From Octopus bimaculoides (lineage: Eukaryota): 54,807 nt of DNA. The DNA is taken from contig NC_068984.1 in NCBI RefSeq assembly GCF_001194135.2, forward strand, positions 61,266,035 through 61,320,841. The letters run 5' to 3'. Both the position numbers and the translations under genes were made by a program. Below the pieces are notes generated by a model. That model did not search any database, was not told the origin of the DNA, and saw nothing but the letters and a program-made list of their open reading frames with translations. Each line of letters opens with the position of its first letter. Position 1 is the stretch's first letter. Of the stretch, positions 1 through 13,739 are shown in pieces.

Positions 1-410
1 GAAGGTGAGAATAGAGAGACAGTTTTTGTCTCGTGAAAGTTTCATTAAAAGGTGGTTGAATGTAGCAAACGTGGTGCGTGCGAGTGACGATACCTCTTTG
101 AGCATGATCCTATAAATCGAGAAAAAAAAAAAAATTAAAAAGAGAGAGAGAGAGAGCACTTCGCTCTCATGTGTCTACTCCCTGCCGAGGTTACCATGGT
201 CTTTTCCGTAGGCTTTTCTCTCCATGGATAAACCTAATGTTACCCCATTTTACACAATTGACATTTTCTGTGATATACGATACCCCCCTTTTGTTTTTCT
301 TTTTTTTCCTCCTACCGATCCCTTTTGATCGGATTTTTTTTTTTTAAAGAAAAGCTCTACAGTTGTATTTGTCCCCTCTGTGTGCAGCCCTGTGTGGCTA
401 ATAAAAGAAA
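1..410 (+). mobile_element. 3' end of an L1/Tx1-clade LINE (ORF2 C-terminus, 3' UTR, A-rich tail)
   Basis: Frame 2-115 reads KVRIERQFLSRESFIKRWLNVANVVRASDDTSLSMIL*, resembling the F-x3-W end of Tx1-type ORF2. A T-rich UTR follows, ending TGTATTTGTCCCCTCTGTGTGCAGCCCTGTGTGGCTAATAAAAGAAA. Confidence 0.7.
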
Positions 411-843
411 GTTATCTATCGTATATGTATGTGTGTATGCATGTAGGTATGCATGTATGCATGTAAATAAATAAATAAATGAATATATATATGTATATAT
501 ATGTATGTGTGCATGATGCGAGCGTACATGTGTGTATATGTGCGTGTCTGAGAGAGAGATAGTGGTCTTCCAAGCATTGTATAAAATATCCTTTAACATG
601 TTTCAGAAGAAAGAATTAAATATCTTTCCAATTTGATTTATTATTAAATAAGAAAAATTTAACACACTCACTTGCAAATGCACACGCACACATAATAATT
701 CATACACACTTTCACATGCACGAGCACAAACACAAACAGACATACAAGCAGTATCCATTTCTGAATAATAATGTATCTACTTCTGAAGTTCGAAGATGTA
801 CTGATATTTAAGCATACAAAGTATCAAACTCATAGTAGCATAA

Positions 844-950
<107 letters not shown>

Positions 951-2426
951 TTTTCAGTGACAAATAGGCTAGGGATATTGTATAGCTCTGATACCATTGC
1001 ATCAGTTTTGTATATCGTATTACTGTATTCTTTAAAGAAATCGAATTGTTATTTCATCGACGTGTCTGTTTTATGAATACTGGTGAACTCTAAAATACTA
1101 AAAATTAAAGGTAATTTATTCAGGCATAACAGAAATGTTTGTCTGTTGAACTCATCTAATGTTTCCGTTTATTCAATAAAATTCAATGAAATTCTATAAA
1201 ATTAAATATTATCAATTATAGTACTTTTTACTAGCTTCATGTATTAGTCAGCAATCATACTTTGGTACCAACTTCAAGACACTTTGAAGACTCTCAAAAA
1301 CATAAGTTTGCCAGGAACTATATTTTGTGAATGTTGTAGAAGACGTAATGCTAGTTGACCATGGCATACGATGGCCATGTTTTAACGGAATTGAAAATAG
1401 CATAAGTTCTACTTTATACCCATACATAAATATGCATGCCCTTCTGGCTTCTCAATACCGACTGGAAGCTTAGAATGGTCGTCATGACAGAGGGCGTGTC
1501 TTCAACATTTTAAACCTGGTGGTCTGAATCCGACCGATTCATGCCAGGAAGGAAGAGAGGAAATGTGAAGAGAAAAATCAGCTTCTGAACTAAACTACCT
1601 TTATCAAAAGGAAGAAATCAAAGTTGATTTCTGTGGGATAAGGATTCAGTGGGCAGCTAGCGACAATAAAAATCACATGTTATCCTATGTTCTAATGTGC
1701 GTGCCATCTGGCCCCACGCACGTACCAACCACCACACAAATTCATAGACACAGACGTACGCACACACACACACATATACGCACACAAACCGTCATTCTCA
1801 GAAATAAAGCAAAGCAAAAGAAAACTTATAAACATGAGTTTATAAGTTACATATTTCAGGAAAATCTGTGTTAAACTTTCAACAAAAATTCTTTGGGATT
1901 AAGCTATTGAGTATATTAGAACATTTCTCATGAAGTAGCTCCATGACTTTAAGAAATCATTAATAGGTTAAGGTCAGTCGTATTCTAACAAAAACGCTAA
2001 AGGATTATTGGAATACTGTACATCAGAGACTGAAGAGTAACAGATGACTTCGTAGACTAATAGTTTGTTCAGTTAATAATTTTCCAGGTCAACTTTATTC
2101 AAAGGCAATACTATATCACATCACATTTCGAACAGGGAATCTGATACCATGAATTTATCATTCTTGCAAAACCTGTGAAGACTCAAGTCGTATCTTTATT
2201 TGGAAGTGAGAATCCAAGTGGACCTTTGCTTATTATCGAAGAATTTTGGATCAGTATTTGATTTTCAAAATCAACCTTTTATGCAGGTAAACCACTAAAT
2301 TATGTTACTAAATGACGTCATAATACAATAATAGAACATTCCAAGTTAGCAAAAAAAAAAAAACGAATGATAAATCGTGGTGTAACAAATATAGGATGAA
2401 AAAACTGTTTAACTAAATACATTTAG

Positions 2427-2634
2427 TTTCAAATTTTGGCGCAAAGCCAGCAAATTTGGAGGAACGGTTAAGCCGATTGCATCGACCCCGGTACTTAACT
2501 GGTACTTATTTTATCGACCACGAAAGGATGAAAGGAAAAGTCGACCTTGGCGGTATTTGAACCCTGAACGTAAGGACGGACGAAATGCCGCTAAGCATCT
2601 TGCCCAGCGTTCTAAATATTCTGCTAGCTCACCT
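2427..2634 (-). mobile_element. tRNA-derived SINE, family A (octopus-type)
   Basis: Reverse complement of a head with A-box-like TGGCAGAA and B-box-like GAGTTCAAATTCC, plus the GTCGAC..GGGGTCGATAAA body. Aligns by eye with copies at 17353, 32964, 46545 and 50527. Confidence 0.85.
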
Positions 2635-4907
2635 TCTGTTTCACTAAATATGTTAGCAACATTGTGTGTAAATTCCTTCCTCAAATGTTGTTGTCTTTTG
2701 GTCCCAGGTCAGCCCTTTTTGAAATACTAATAATCAAAGATTTTCAATGTCTTGCCTTAGAAATAACGGTCCTGGCTGCATGCTGTAGTTTATGGGGGAT
2801 ATACCTTCTTTGTCTACTACCAGGTTAAGCAATCAAGTCAAGCGTTCCTCATTAACTAATGAAATATGAAACAATTCCAAAAATTGCGTGATATTCTAGC
2901 TCAAAGATAAAGCTCATATTTTTCTTGCAGACTAACCGATATTATACAATTTCTCTGTGGCATATAATTTAAATATGAGCAAAAGATTTGGTTAATGTAT
3001 GCATTTATTTATAAATTCTAATCATATTTCTATGCGTGTAAATGCAGGAACTGAAATAAATAAAAAAGAAATCCTGCAATGAATGATAGATTAAAATTTA
3101 TTGAAATTAAAAGCAAGAACTAATTTGCTATACATTACATTTTCCTCAATGATGCTACTGCAATTTCAATGAAATTCTACAACTACGCTACTCTAACATC
3201 AAGGCTTAATGTGTTACACATATAGACTTAGAATTAATTTTCACTGTTGACTTGATCATTCATAAGTTTGTGAATCACAAATACAATCATTTTGTCAAAT
3301 ACTACCCTTGTGTAAAACACGCAAGTGGTTCTAAATGAAATACATTAAGAGCTTCGAACTCAAGTTAAAGAACAAGTATATTTAATTAGCGTGCAAAGCA
3401 TTTAATAATATTTAACAAATTGTTTTGGTGCTGTTAGAGTAAATTTTCGACACTGGCTTGTTTATGTAGCAGAGATATTTCACTTAATATCTTTTATAAG
3501 AACACTATAAAGTTGGCGTTAATTACTGTTCAATCTATTTTTCAATTATAACTTCAAGACGGTATGCGATTTTTACAGTTGACAATACCAAGTACATGAA
3601 CAAAGATATTGGTAGATTACAGCTTTTTACATTTGATAATATTATTATAATGAAACTATATTTGATCAGAAAAATATTTGTAAATACTTGCCATTCTCTA
3701 GATAGAAATGTATACGTCACTGATTTTGTAAAATTTGTTGCATTGAATACATAATATATAATAGTCAGGTGAATATAATGAGTGGAGGGAGAATTCTGAT
3801 AAATTTTCGTGATCATATAAGGACAACTATAAAGCATTATTTGTCAACAAAAAGCGAAACGATACCCATAGAAATCATCAAGAAAACTGAAAATAATTGC
3901 TAGCTTTAAAGCTTTTATCTCAATTGGGGAAGTCAGACATATTTATATGTTTATTTGACAAGCTTTCTAAGATATTTTATTGCAATACCATTGAAGAGTT
4001 TCTAGTTTTGCGTTCCTCTGAACCGATACCGCTTTATTTCCATTAGCATTAAATACACCATAAATAATTTTCCCTCTTTGTGTTACGCTCGCTATCAATT
4101 TTTTTATGAGTATAATGAGATTCTGTTTTTGCTGATGTTATTTGCTTACTGTTTAAGGTAACATCCAACACGTAATATACAATTTCATAAGCAACAAGAT
4201 ATTGCTTGACTCACCTTCACAAGAAAGCAAACCAGCAGATTTGATATTATAGATATTTTATGAGATGATTCCACTACGCACATTTATAACGTTACATTAC
4301 ATGTAAAAAAAGAAAAAAAAAACTCGTCTTGTACCTATATGTTCAATCATCAAGAAAATCATTCTTCAAAGAGAATTGCATTAGCACCTTTGCCTTTAAT
4401 ATTCCATTGATCATGTAAAGCTCTGAGCCTCTTTTCTATAGTTATAGAATTTTCTACTTTTTCAAGGATACAAAATAAGTTTCACACTAAGTAAGCAACA
4501 CGGTTGTCAATAAGAAACAGGAAAGTACCAAACTTGATTTCGAGTATAAAAAGTACAAAGAAACACATGATCTACTTAGCTTTACTCGTATGAGACTAAC
4601 ATTCTTAATCAATATTATTTCCAACGAAATTGAAACAACGAGACAACATCTGAAGAGTGGTTTTCAAATTTATAATATGGCATTATGTAGATTTTCAGAA
4701 TTCACTTATCTACAAAAAGCAGCAGTAACCAAAGTTATTTTGATAACAATGATTTATAGCAAATGAAAGTTATATATTTTAATATTTTTTAAAGAAGGCC
4801 AGTAAATAGTGCGAAAAACTATTACTTTGTAATTTAAAATAGACATTTGAAAGTCTATAATTTACTAAGTAATCAGACGAGTGCAAACAAGCAGAACCCT
4901 GCACAGC

Positions 4908-4956
4908 TATATAAATATATATATGCGTAAATATATATATATATATATATATATGC

Positions 4957-4993
<37 letters not shown>

Positions 4994-5110
4994 TATATAT
5001 GTGTGTGTGTATGCATTTATATGTATACATACATAAATACAAGCGCATTCACATATCACACACATACATACACACTCATATTTATAAGCATAAATATCTT
5101 CATATACATG
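4908..5110. repeat. (TA)n / (CA)n compound microsatellite
   Basis: Directly visible. Confidence 0.9.
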
Positions 5111-8084
5111 TGTGTAGACAGGTGATAGATTCTATGAGTTATTTAGTTGAAGTAAAACAGTTGCAAATGGTTTTTATTTTGGGTTTTGCATTACCATTAT
5201 ATTTTTCAATTACATACGAAGCTTTGGGCCTGATACTCGTTTTACGCAATGAAACACCCTGAGCTACTGACCGTGGCCATGACAACAGCTAGACAAGATT
5301 TTTAATGAAGATGTTATTGTCAAGATTCGAACGGTTGTTTCGTTATACATACATGCTGTATATAATTTTGCGAACACGACGCTTCAACCATTTACCTCAG
5401 GTTTCGATATTTTTGCATGTATCTGCCTTATTTATATATATGGAAAGTAGGTTTTATTGTGGATGTATTACAGTGTAGTAGTACATAGCAATCTAACTAT
5501 TTAAACGGCCTAAATATCTATATTTCTGTAGCATTATAAACATACTAATAAAGAAAACAAACACTTTTGACTACGTTGAAAGATGAGCATTTGTTAAAAT
5601 GTAGAGATACTCATAGTCAACAAAAAAGTAATAATAAAATTTGATCTTCAAAATATGATTCAATGCCTTCATAAGAACTTTTACTAAATTAGTCTTCTAC
5701 AAATAACTTAAAATCAATACTAAATAGAAAACTAAATTGCGATAAATCCCTTACTAGAAATCTCAGTCAAATTACTACCTGTTAAAATGCACATAGGAGC
5801 CAAGTAGAAGGATTAGGTGCTACATTCTCTGACATTACATCCTGAAATATAAAAAATGCAATCACCTACACATTTGTGATGAGCATACTAATGATTGAAT
5901 AAGTATTATTACGTCTGTGACCCACCAGGGCCAACTTTGGAATAAGATATAAAAGAAACGGATGAATCAGCGTTAATTTCAATGTTCAAAACTTCTGAAA
6001 CATTCACAATATATATTCTCACACAAAAGAATGTATGGTCTAACTTAAGCGCGGTATATAATGCAATGTTACAGAAACGGTTTTAACAGAAATGTGATCA
6101 TGATCTCACTCACTCACTCATAAACATAGCTTTAATTAACTTTTAATGCTCTAGAGCAAACATAATTTTCATAATCATTTTCTTTTCTTGAACATTTTTT
6201 AATTAATGGAAAATAAATTTGAAAAAACTTGAATGTCATAAATTTCGCAAAATTACCAAGCATAATACCGTATTGACGAAAAACTATGGGTGACATTTTT
6301 AGATTGACAATAAAGACGTTAGAAATAACTAGGATATAAATACAGTATTATACCCAGAATCCTATGAAATTTATTTTTATGAGATACATATGCATTTCAA
6401 TTTGAACCCACATGGTCTTTTGTAGGTATATACTAATACTACCGGAAAGAAAACACTTATGAAGAAACTATGCAACTTAACCATTTATCAATGGAAACTC
6501 TCTTCGAATGTAGCGTTATGAAATGTCTGTTTGTATAAAACTTTTATCTATCTGTTTATCTGTCTGTCTGTCTATCTGTCTGTCAGTGCAATATATGGAT
6601 TAATAGAATCGTGTGACTATCACAAAAAGCTCCTCTAGTGGGCTTGACTAACATACCACATAGTAATCTAATAGGAAGGTATATAATGCGGTGTTCATGC
6701 CGCTGAAATCCAGGAGATCTGATCGGTGAGAGTATGAGATGTATATAAATCATAAAAAATCAGGAGTTATGAGAAGTGAAAATATTTAAACGTTTACCCG
6801 CCTTAGGATTATGGCCGTTTCTACATAAGAAATGATGCTAAAAGGCCATTAAAGATAAGGATGACAAGGTGTCAAATAAATATATTCACCTCTCATACCT
6901 TCTGACATTTGATGGCGTGTATATATATATATGAATAGACATTGAATAAATATTTCATTCATATTCTTCTGTAGTGGCAGCTATCTCCATCGACTTGTCT
7001 AATCAACCTGGGAGAGGTGTGAACATCACTACTTACATTTCTAATATAAAATGTTTTTGTGCTGAAACAAGACAAACGAAACCAATCGAAGTTATTTGCC
7101 TGTTTGATTTAAAGTGGATGATAACCGTTATCATAACCACCATGTTCTGATAATATCTACAGTCAGGCATAATCATATTAATTAATCTCATCTCTTTGGA
7201 ATATCTATTGTTTTTATATACGCTTTTAATGGCGAGCCACGAAATACGTTTATTATATAACCCTATACCAAACAAGAATGTTCCGTTGAAGATAATATTA
7301 ATTTAATAAAGAACGGCAGATCCGCCAACATTTGTACATGATAATCAATTAAAAAGTGTCTGCATGATCAGGCATCCTTCCAAAAATAGTATTCGAATTT
7401 ATATCTATTATATCTTACCGTCAATAAACGAGTAGATATATTGTATAATATGTTGTTGGTTGTTCTACATTCTAATAAGAAACAAGATAGTTTCAAGTAA
7501 ATGCATTGACCATAAATCTCCTTAGTCAGAAGTGATATGAGACTGAACAACCACTTATTTGATGAATCTTATATGAAGAATGTGAAAGAGATATAATATT
7601 TTAAACAGCACTTAATGTGAAAGAATAACATCTAGTTTTAAAAATTGTATTGGAGAATAGACAAACAATTACAGGATAAATTCACATATGCAAATAAAAC
7701 TGGGAAGACCGAAAAACGATTATCCTCTTAAGAAGTACCTTTCGTTGTTTGATCTGTACAGAGCTGCACAGGAATTTGCTCGTCACACTCGCGGTCAGAA
7801 ATGCAATTAATCAAAGACTGGCCTCAGAAATATATAACTAGCAATACTATTGTTCACAAATAGCAAAATAATTTTTTGAACTACATGAATTACTGATACT
7901 TGCTATTCTTTCCCCAAATAGCAAACTTTGGGTATGTAAAATATAGTTCGATCAGTCATTTTGCAATGTTTTTGTTAATATAAGCACTATGCACACTAGG
8001 GTACAAGTGTGCATTATGATGCTAGTTGAGTATGTGAATTAAAAGTAGCATAAATCTGGTATGAGCACAAAGTAAACACTATGA

Positions 8085-8470
8085 TAAAGAATAAAATGTA
8101 CAAGATTTTATGGGATTTTACCATAAAGACTGGCTGTAGTACTGAAGCAGGAAGATTAGATATGATTATGGCGGACAGAAGAAACGAATATTATAAGGTC
8201 GTATATTTGATATACCATGTGATAATAGAGTGTATACAAAAGAAACTGAAAAACGTGAGAAATATCAAGATCTAGCTAGAGAACTGAAGTAATTGTAGAA
8301 AGCTAAGACAAAAATAATTCCTGTGGTAACTGGTGCACTTGGCATAACAACTAAACTGCCACCTAAGAGGCTGAAGGATAGTGGAACTCACATTCACATT
8401 GTCGACCTGCAGGAAAGTGCAATCCTTTATTCTACAAGTATACCAATACAGATTCTTAGGACATCATCAC
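8085..8470 (+). mobile_element. Decayed R4/Dong-type LINE, restriction-like endonuclease (RLE) region
   Basis: KILWDFTIKT..AGRLDMIM and IPVVTGALG...LQESAILYST match the ILWDF..RPD..D..(V/I)GALG..LQK.AIL pattern. Frameshifted. Confidence 0.8.
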
Positions 8471-8489
8471 TACCAACTAGTATAGCATA

Positions 8490-8556
8490 TAACAATAATG
8501 ATATCAATAACGATGACGACGGCGATAACGATGATGACGATGATGACGATGATGAC

Positions 8557-8591
<35 letters not shown>

Positions 8592-8603
8592 CGACGATGA
8601 CGA
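8490..8603. repeat. (GAT/GAC)n trinucleotide repeat
   Basis: Directly visible; explains the poly-D/S/H ORFs. Confidence 0.95.
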
Positions 8604-9587
8604 CCTCTTTGTGAGCCACATTTGCTGGAAAAGAAGTAGAAATAGACTAAAGAAACGTCTAGTCCTTTAGGGTGGGACAGAGAAGTTAATGTCAAGATGA
8701 CGGCTAAACGACATTTTGTTATATGTATTTGTATCAATTAAAAAAAAAGGAATATATGAAACACAGACTTACATGGAGATTAAAAAAAGTGCAAGAAATT
8801 ACAATTTTTAAAACAATTTAGCGGAGACTTTTACATGTTTTTTTCCTTAGTCCACCGCCATTGATAAATACTTGGCAGCTGGTGGTGATCGCTCGGTAAA
8901 TATTTACGCTGACATTTCCGTCTCTCAAGGACGTTTATACATTCTATGGCATTATTATTAGGCTGTGGTTCCAAATTCCAAATCTAAGTAAAGTGGATCG
9001 AATCGATAGAAAGAATTACTATCAGAGATCTTCGTAAAGGGAATGTAAGAAATTAAGTAAACATATTCATTATGATTTGATAAGCGTTTTAACAATCTAC
9101 AGCGAATATTGAGTAAATATTTTAAATTACAAGTGCCTTGATTATATCATGTTCACCTACAGCTACATACGCTTGAAAAAAATGGTCCCTTTAAATACAA
9201 TACAAGAGTAAGTGGAACAAACATCTCAGCTGCGTGTTAGCTTTATCGCCATCATGTGTTTTGGAGCAAGAGCAGAAATATGGTTTCGATAGGACATGTT
9301 CCATATCATATAATTGTTTAAGGGAGTTGTATTTAACTGTAAGGACAGAACTCAAGGGAGGGTATAAGAATACAAGGAGCTTTTATAAAAATATATAATT
9401 TAAACTTTAAAATTGACCATATATTAGGTATAGGAACATTTTAAAATTGTCACTCAACAAATATGCTCACCAAATCTAAGCTTAAATGATTCCCTCCCAC
9501 CTTCTAATTGAAGGCACCAATTTGATAGGTAGTCTTACATCTGAAATCCAGATATGTAGTCCTATAAAGGAAATGTAAAGGTCACAA

Positions 9588-9997
9588 GGTCAGACCTGGC
9601 TGTGTGGAAAGAAGCTTGTCTCCCAACAGCATGGTTCCAGGTTCAGTCACACTGTATAGCACTTTAGGCAAGTGCCTTCTACTATAGCGTCAGACTGAGC
9701 AAAACCTTGTGAGTGGATTTGGTAGACGGAAGCTGAAAGAACCCGTCGTATATATGTATGTATACATCTATGACTGTGTATCTTTGTATCTGTTTTTGTA
9801 CCCCACCAACGCTTGACAATCGGTGCTGGTTTGTTTACGTTCCAGTAACTTAGCTTTTCGACAAATCAGACCGATAGAATGATTACCAGGCTTTAAGGAA
9901 ATAGATAGTATAGTCGATACATTAAACTAAAAATCTGCAAGGCGGTGCCCCAGCAAGGCCGTAGTCTAGTGACTAAAGCGAGTAAAAGATAAAAGAT
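9588..9997 (+). mobile_element. tRNA-derived SINE, family B, full length with 7-bp TSD
   Basis: Head TGGCTGTGTGG..GGTTCAGTC, CORE-like CACTTTAGGCAAGTG, internal (TA/TG) tract and tail AAAAGATAAAAGAT. GTCACAA lies on both sides (9581-9587, 9998-10004). Confidence 0.85.
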
Positions 9998-10164
9998 GTC
10001 ACAATGACCAGAGCTCACTTATTAATCTGTATATCGTAGAACACGTGATATCGTTGTTTATCGTTGTATGGATTAGTTGTCTTCAGTTGGTTCTTTATGG
10101 TCTTACTAGGGTGAGAACCTAAAGTGTATTGTTTCTTATATGAATTTAAGACACACAAGTGTAA

Positions 10165-10492
10165 TATGATGGCCAGAACCTGTAGCAAGAATGGAAGAGT
10201 CAAGGTTCCCATACTAAGTCTTATTCAGTGAGCTCACTTCAGAAAAATGACCTCTTGGAAAATACAAAGACCAACTCAAAATACAAAGACCAACTCAAAG
10301 CAACACTGAAATCCACTGGAATTGAGCCTAAATCGTTTGGGTGAGAAAGGCTCGACAAAATCGACCTCGTCATCCACTAACATTACCATGCAATCAATAT
10401 CATCGACTTTTCTATGCAAGGATTGGTCTACAGAGTCATCCATACCATCACCATAAAGGAAGCGTTGTGACAAAGACGACGACGACGACGAA
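10165..10492 (+). mobile_element. RTE-clade LINE 3' fragment
   Basis: Decayed ..VARMEESRFP..LFSELTSGK.PLGKYKDQLK.TLKSTGI matches the RTE ORF2 C-terminal RM..SR.PK.LLY.EL..GKR..G..K.YKD.LK pattern. Ends in (GAC)n. Confidence 0.65.
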
Positions 10493-10939
10493 TACGAAGT
10501 GAAAATTATTAAACATTTTCATCTTTCTAAACGTTTCTAACCATTTAATTTTTATCGTTACTGTAGGCACAGTTGGAGGACATTTTAAATACGTGGGAAA
10601 TATTTTTAACTAAAGGAATAATCACATAAATATGATAATACTATGAATAATGATAAGAACACTGTAAGCTACTTTGTTAAAGGAAGATGAATAAATATAT
10701 AAACAAAGCTTGTTTTCATCTTGCTCGAGTGTGCAACAAAATCGCCAATTAAATTCCATACAGCTGCGGCAAACAAGATATAATAAAATCTTCAAATACA
10801 CTATAATTCGCTATTGCATGTTTGTGTTAAAGTTTTGAACGTTCGTTCATTAGATTGCATGACTCAGATAATGAAGTAACTAAATCGTATACCACCTGCA
10901 CATGACTCACTCATACTTACTGGTAAACTAGTAATAACA

Positions 10940-11000
10940 AAATGTCATTCTCCATCTTCCTCTTCTACAATCATCATCGTCATCTTCATTGCCGTCGTCG

Positions 11001-11044
<44 letters not shown>

Positions 11045-11045
11045 G
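10940..11045. repeat. (TCA/TCG)n repeat
   Basis: Directly visible. Confidence 0.9.
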
Positions 11046-12450
11046 TTTCTCTCCTTTTCCTTAATCTCCTTCTTTAACCGCCTGTTTTCACCTCCATTTT
11101 TCTTCCGCCTCCACCCCTACTCTCTTCTACTATTCTACTTTGTGAGTATTTTTATTATCTCTTTGACTTTATATATTTATTGCTTTTACCTGCAGATCAA
11201 GTTTCTGCCCACATACCGTCATCTTCTTCTTTTTTTTCCGCAGATCTTATTTATCTTTCTCATCGTCTTCTTTTCCGCTCTCACATTCGTCATTTCAACA
11301 TTCTTTCGAGCAAACAAATACGCACATACACGCGCACACAGAAACGTATACAGAACCAGACATGCGAGAGCAAACACACTCATGCTGCGCATGCACGCAC
11401 ACACGCACACACGCACACACAGACACACAGATACACACGCACGCACATATAATTAAAGACAAATATGCATATACTCAGTACAAACGTTTACACAATTTTT
11501 ATAATAATATCTATTTTAACATTAACTATACACTAGATTTAGGAACATTTCCACTTATGGGTCTGCGAAATTATCTCTAAGTTATCGCAAAATCTGTGCT
11601 CAAATGACCGCAAAACCTGAGCTCAAATGAATTCTAGTCACCTTCTACATGGAAAGAACAATTAGATACGTAGTCCTAAATACATTAGGATTGGATAAGA
11701 ATTGAAATGTAGAGGTCACAATGTTAAGCTTTGTTAAGATATTAGATAGATCAGAGCTCACTCTGAGCGGCTAACTACATCCAATAATATTTATCTGTCT
11801 TTTTTAATCTTACTCTTCTTAAAAGTGGAAAGCTTGAGTGTAAATATTCCATTAAACTAGATTCTACGAAATTTCATACTTTCTCATACGCAAAAAGATC
11901 ATAACCTTCGTAAAAGCCAGAATATCTCAATGTCTTATCCCACTTGTACTAATATATAGAGCTTATTTTTGTCCCGTATATTTGGCTTGACTCTGAAACA
12001 AATATTCGTCTCATCTCTTGACTCATCACTGTTTATCCCAGTTAGGCCAAATCAACGATCAATGGTATTCTTGATGTGAATTATTCCGTGTAGTTTCTTT
12101 TATAAGATGATTGTTTTTAATTTGAGGGAGGATAGTCTGCAATGTTTGAAGTTCAACTAACACTTAAAGCCTTCTACGTTGATTTCGATGTTCAAGTTGC
12201 TTGGATATTTGTCTATCAAAGAAAATTGTGCATAACACGTAGTACCTTCTAGAATAGTGGTTTTCAATTTTTTCTAACACACCCTACCCTCTTATTTTTT
12301 CAAAAATAAAGTAAAATGAAGAACCAAAAGGAACATGTGCGCCCATATACAATGGATAGACAAAATTTACATACACGTAATGCACACACAGATAGTCACA
12401 CCTCTCTCTCTCTATATATGTGTGTGTGTGTGTGTGTGTGNNNNNNNNNN

Positions 12451-12495
<45 letters not shown>

Positions 12496-12510
12496 TAAAA
12501 TTATGATTAA

Positions 12511-12697
12511 GGGTATCTAAAAGATACCATCATGCTAGATACACCAGTCAAATCTTTACTCTAAAACCACATCAATTATTCATACAGCAGCAGGAGAGAA
12601 GACAAAGAGTCAAAATAAACTACCAAAAAATTATTATGTGGTTTTAGAGTCCAGATTTGACTGGTGTATCTAGCATGATGGTATCTTTTAGATACCC
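12511..12697. mobile_element. MITE with about 62-bp TIRs and TTAA target duplication (Kolobok-like termini)
   Basis: TTAA|GGGTATCTAAAAGATACCATCATGCTAGATACACCAGTCAAATC ... GATTTGACTGGTGTATCTAGCATGATGGTATCTTTTAGATACCC|TTAA. The arms 12511-12572 and 12636-12697 differ at 2 positions. Confidence 0.8.
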
Positions 12698-12819
12698 TTA
12701 ATTATAATTTAAAAAATAATTATTACCTATGAGTTTTTTTATTCTCATGCTAGCCGCTTGATATGATCGGTATTTTAAATAACGATCTTTTACTTATTTT
12801 TATAAATTTATATTTATAA

Positions 12820-12836
12820 CACACACACACACACAC

Positions 12837-12871
<35 letters not shown>

Positions 12872-12939
12872 TGTATGTATGTATGTATGTGTGTATGTAT
12901 GTATGCATGTATATATATATATGTGTGTGTGTATGTATC

Positions 12940-12985
<46 letters not shown>

Positions 12986-13083
12986 NNNNNNNNNNNNNNN
13001 NNNNNNNNNNNNNNNNNNNNNNNNNNNNNNNNNNNNNNNNNNNNNNNNNNNNNGAGAGTGAGAGAGAGAGAGAGAGAGAGAGT
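12820..13083. repeat. (CA)n,(TATG)n,(TA)n,(GA)n compound microsatellite spanning an N-gap
   Basis: Directly visible. Confidence 0.9.
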
Positions 13084-13553
13084 GAAAAACTGTAATGAGC
13101 GATTTCCTTTAATACAAAATAGTCTAATTTGATGGATACTTGATGGATATTTCTATCATGTCCAGTAACCAACAATCGGTTCCCTTTATTGAATCTTCCT
13201 GTTTATGTAAAATGTCTAAAATTGCAGTGATTTATTTTCAAATATTCCCTGTTCATATAATTTAAGGTAAATGCACGTGTCTACTCTTTTATGTATTGCA
13301 CGGTAACTTGTAACAATGTCAGAGAGCCAGGAATTTTGCGGAGTAAAATATTGTCCACCATGTCAACCTTCAGCTTGATTGGTGCTTATTGTATAGTACC
13401 AGAAGTAAGAAAGCTTTGTTTACACGGTATGTTGTGAACGCGCAACGTAAGTTACACATTATCAGCTGAAATTTACAGAAAAACAAAAGACGAAGACAGG
13501 CGTATGAACAACAAGCAGGTGTATTAGTTTGATGCTCGGGAAGGTGAAAAAGT

Positions 13554-13590
13554 CCTTTACGTTTCGAACCTACGCACTTCAGTCAAAAGG
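13554..13590 (-). ncRNA. Degenerate minimal hammerhead-like motif, probably a Penelope pLTR remnant
   Basis: Minus strand CCTTT-TGACTGA-AGTGCGTAGGTTC-GAAAC-GTA-AAGG. The CCTT/AAGG stem I and GAAAC-GUA are present; the CUGANGA core is disrupted. Confidence 0.4.
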
Positions 13591-13739
13591 AATAAAAGAA
13601 ATAAACAGAGAGAGAATTAAAAAGATGTGGATTTAGCGGTCAAGCATGACAACTGGTTGGAAAAAAAAGTTTGAGAGGAGAGGTTGAAAGAAGGGGAGAT
13701 AAGGTATTGGTGATACCAAAACCACTGTGCACGTGCCTC

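Noticed and set aside
10261-10299. Tandem duplication of AATACAAAGACCAACTCAA in the RTE fragment
   Set aside because: Ordinary slippage in a dead element.
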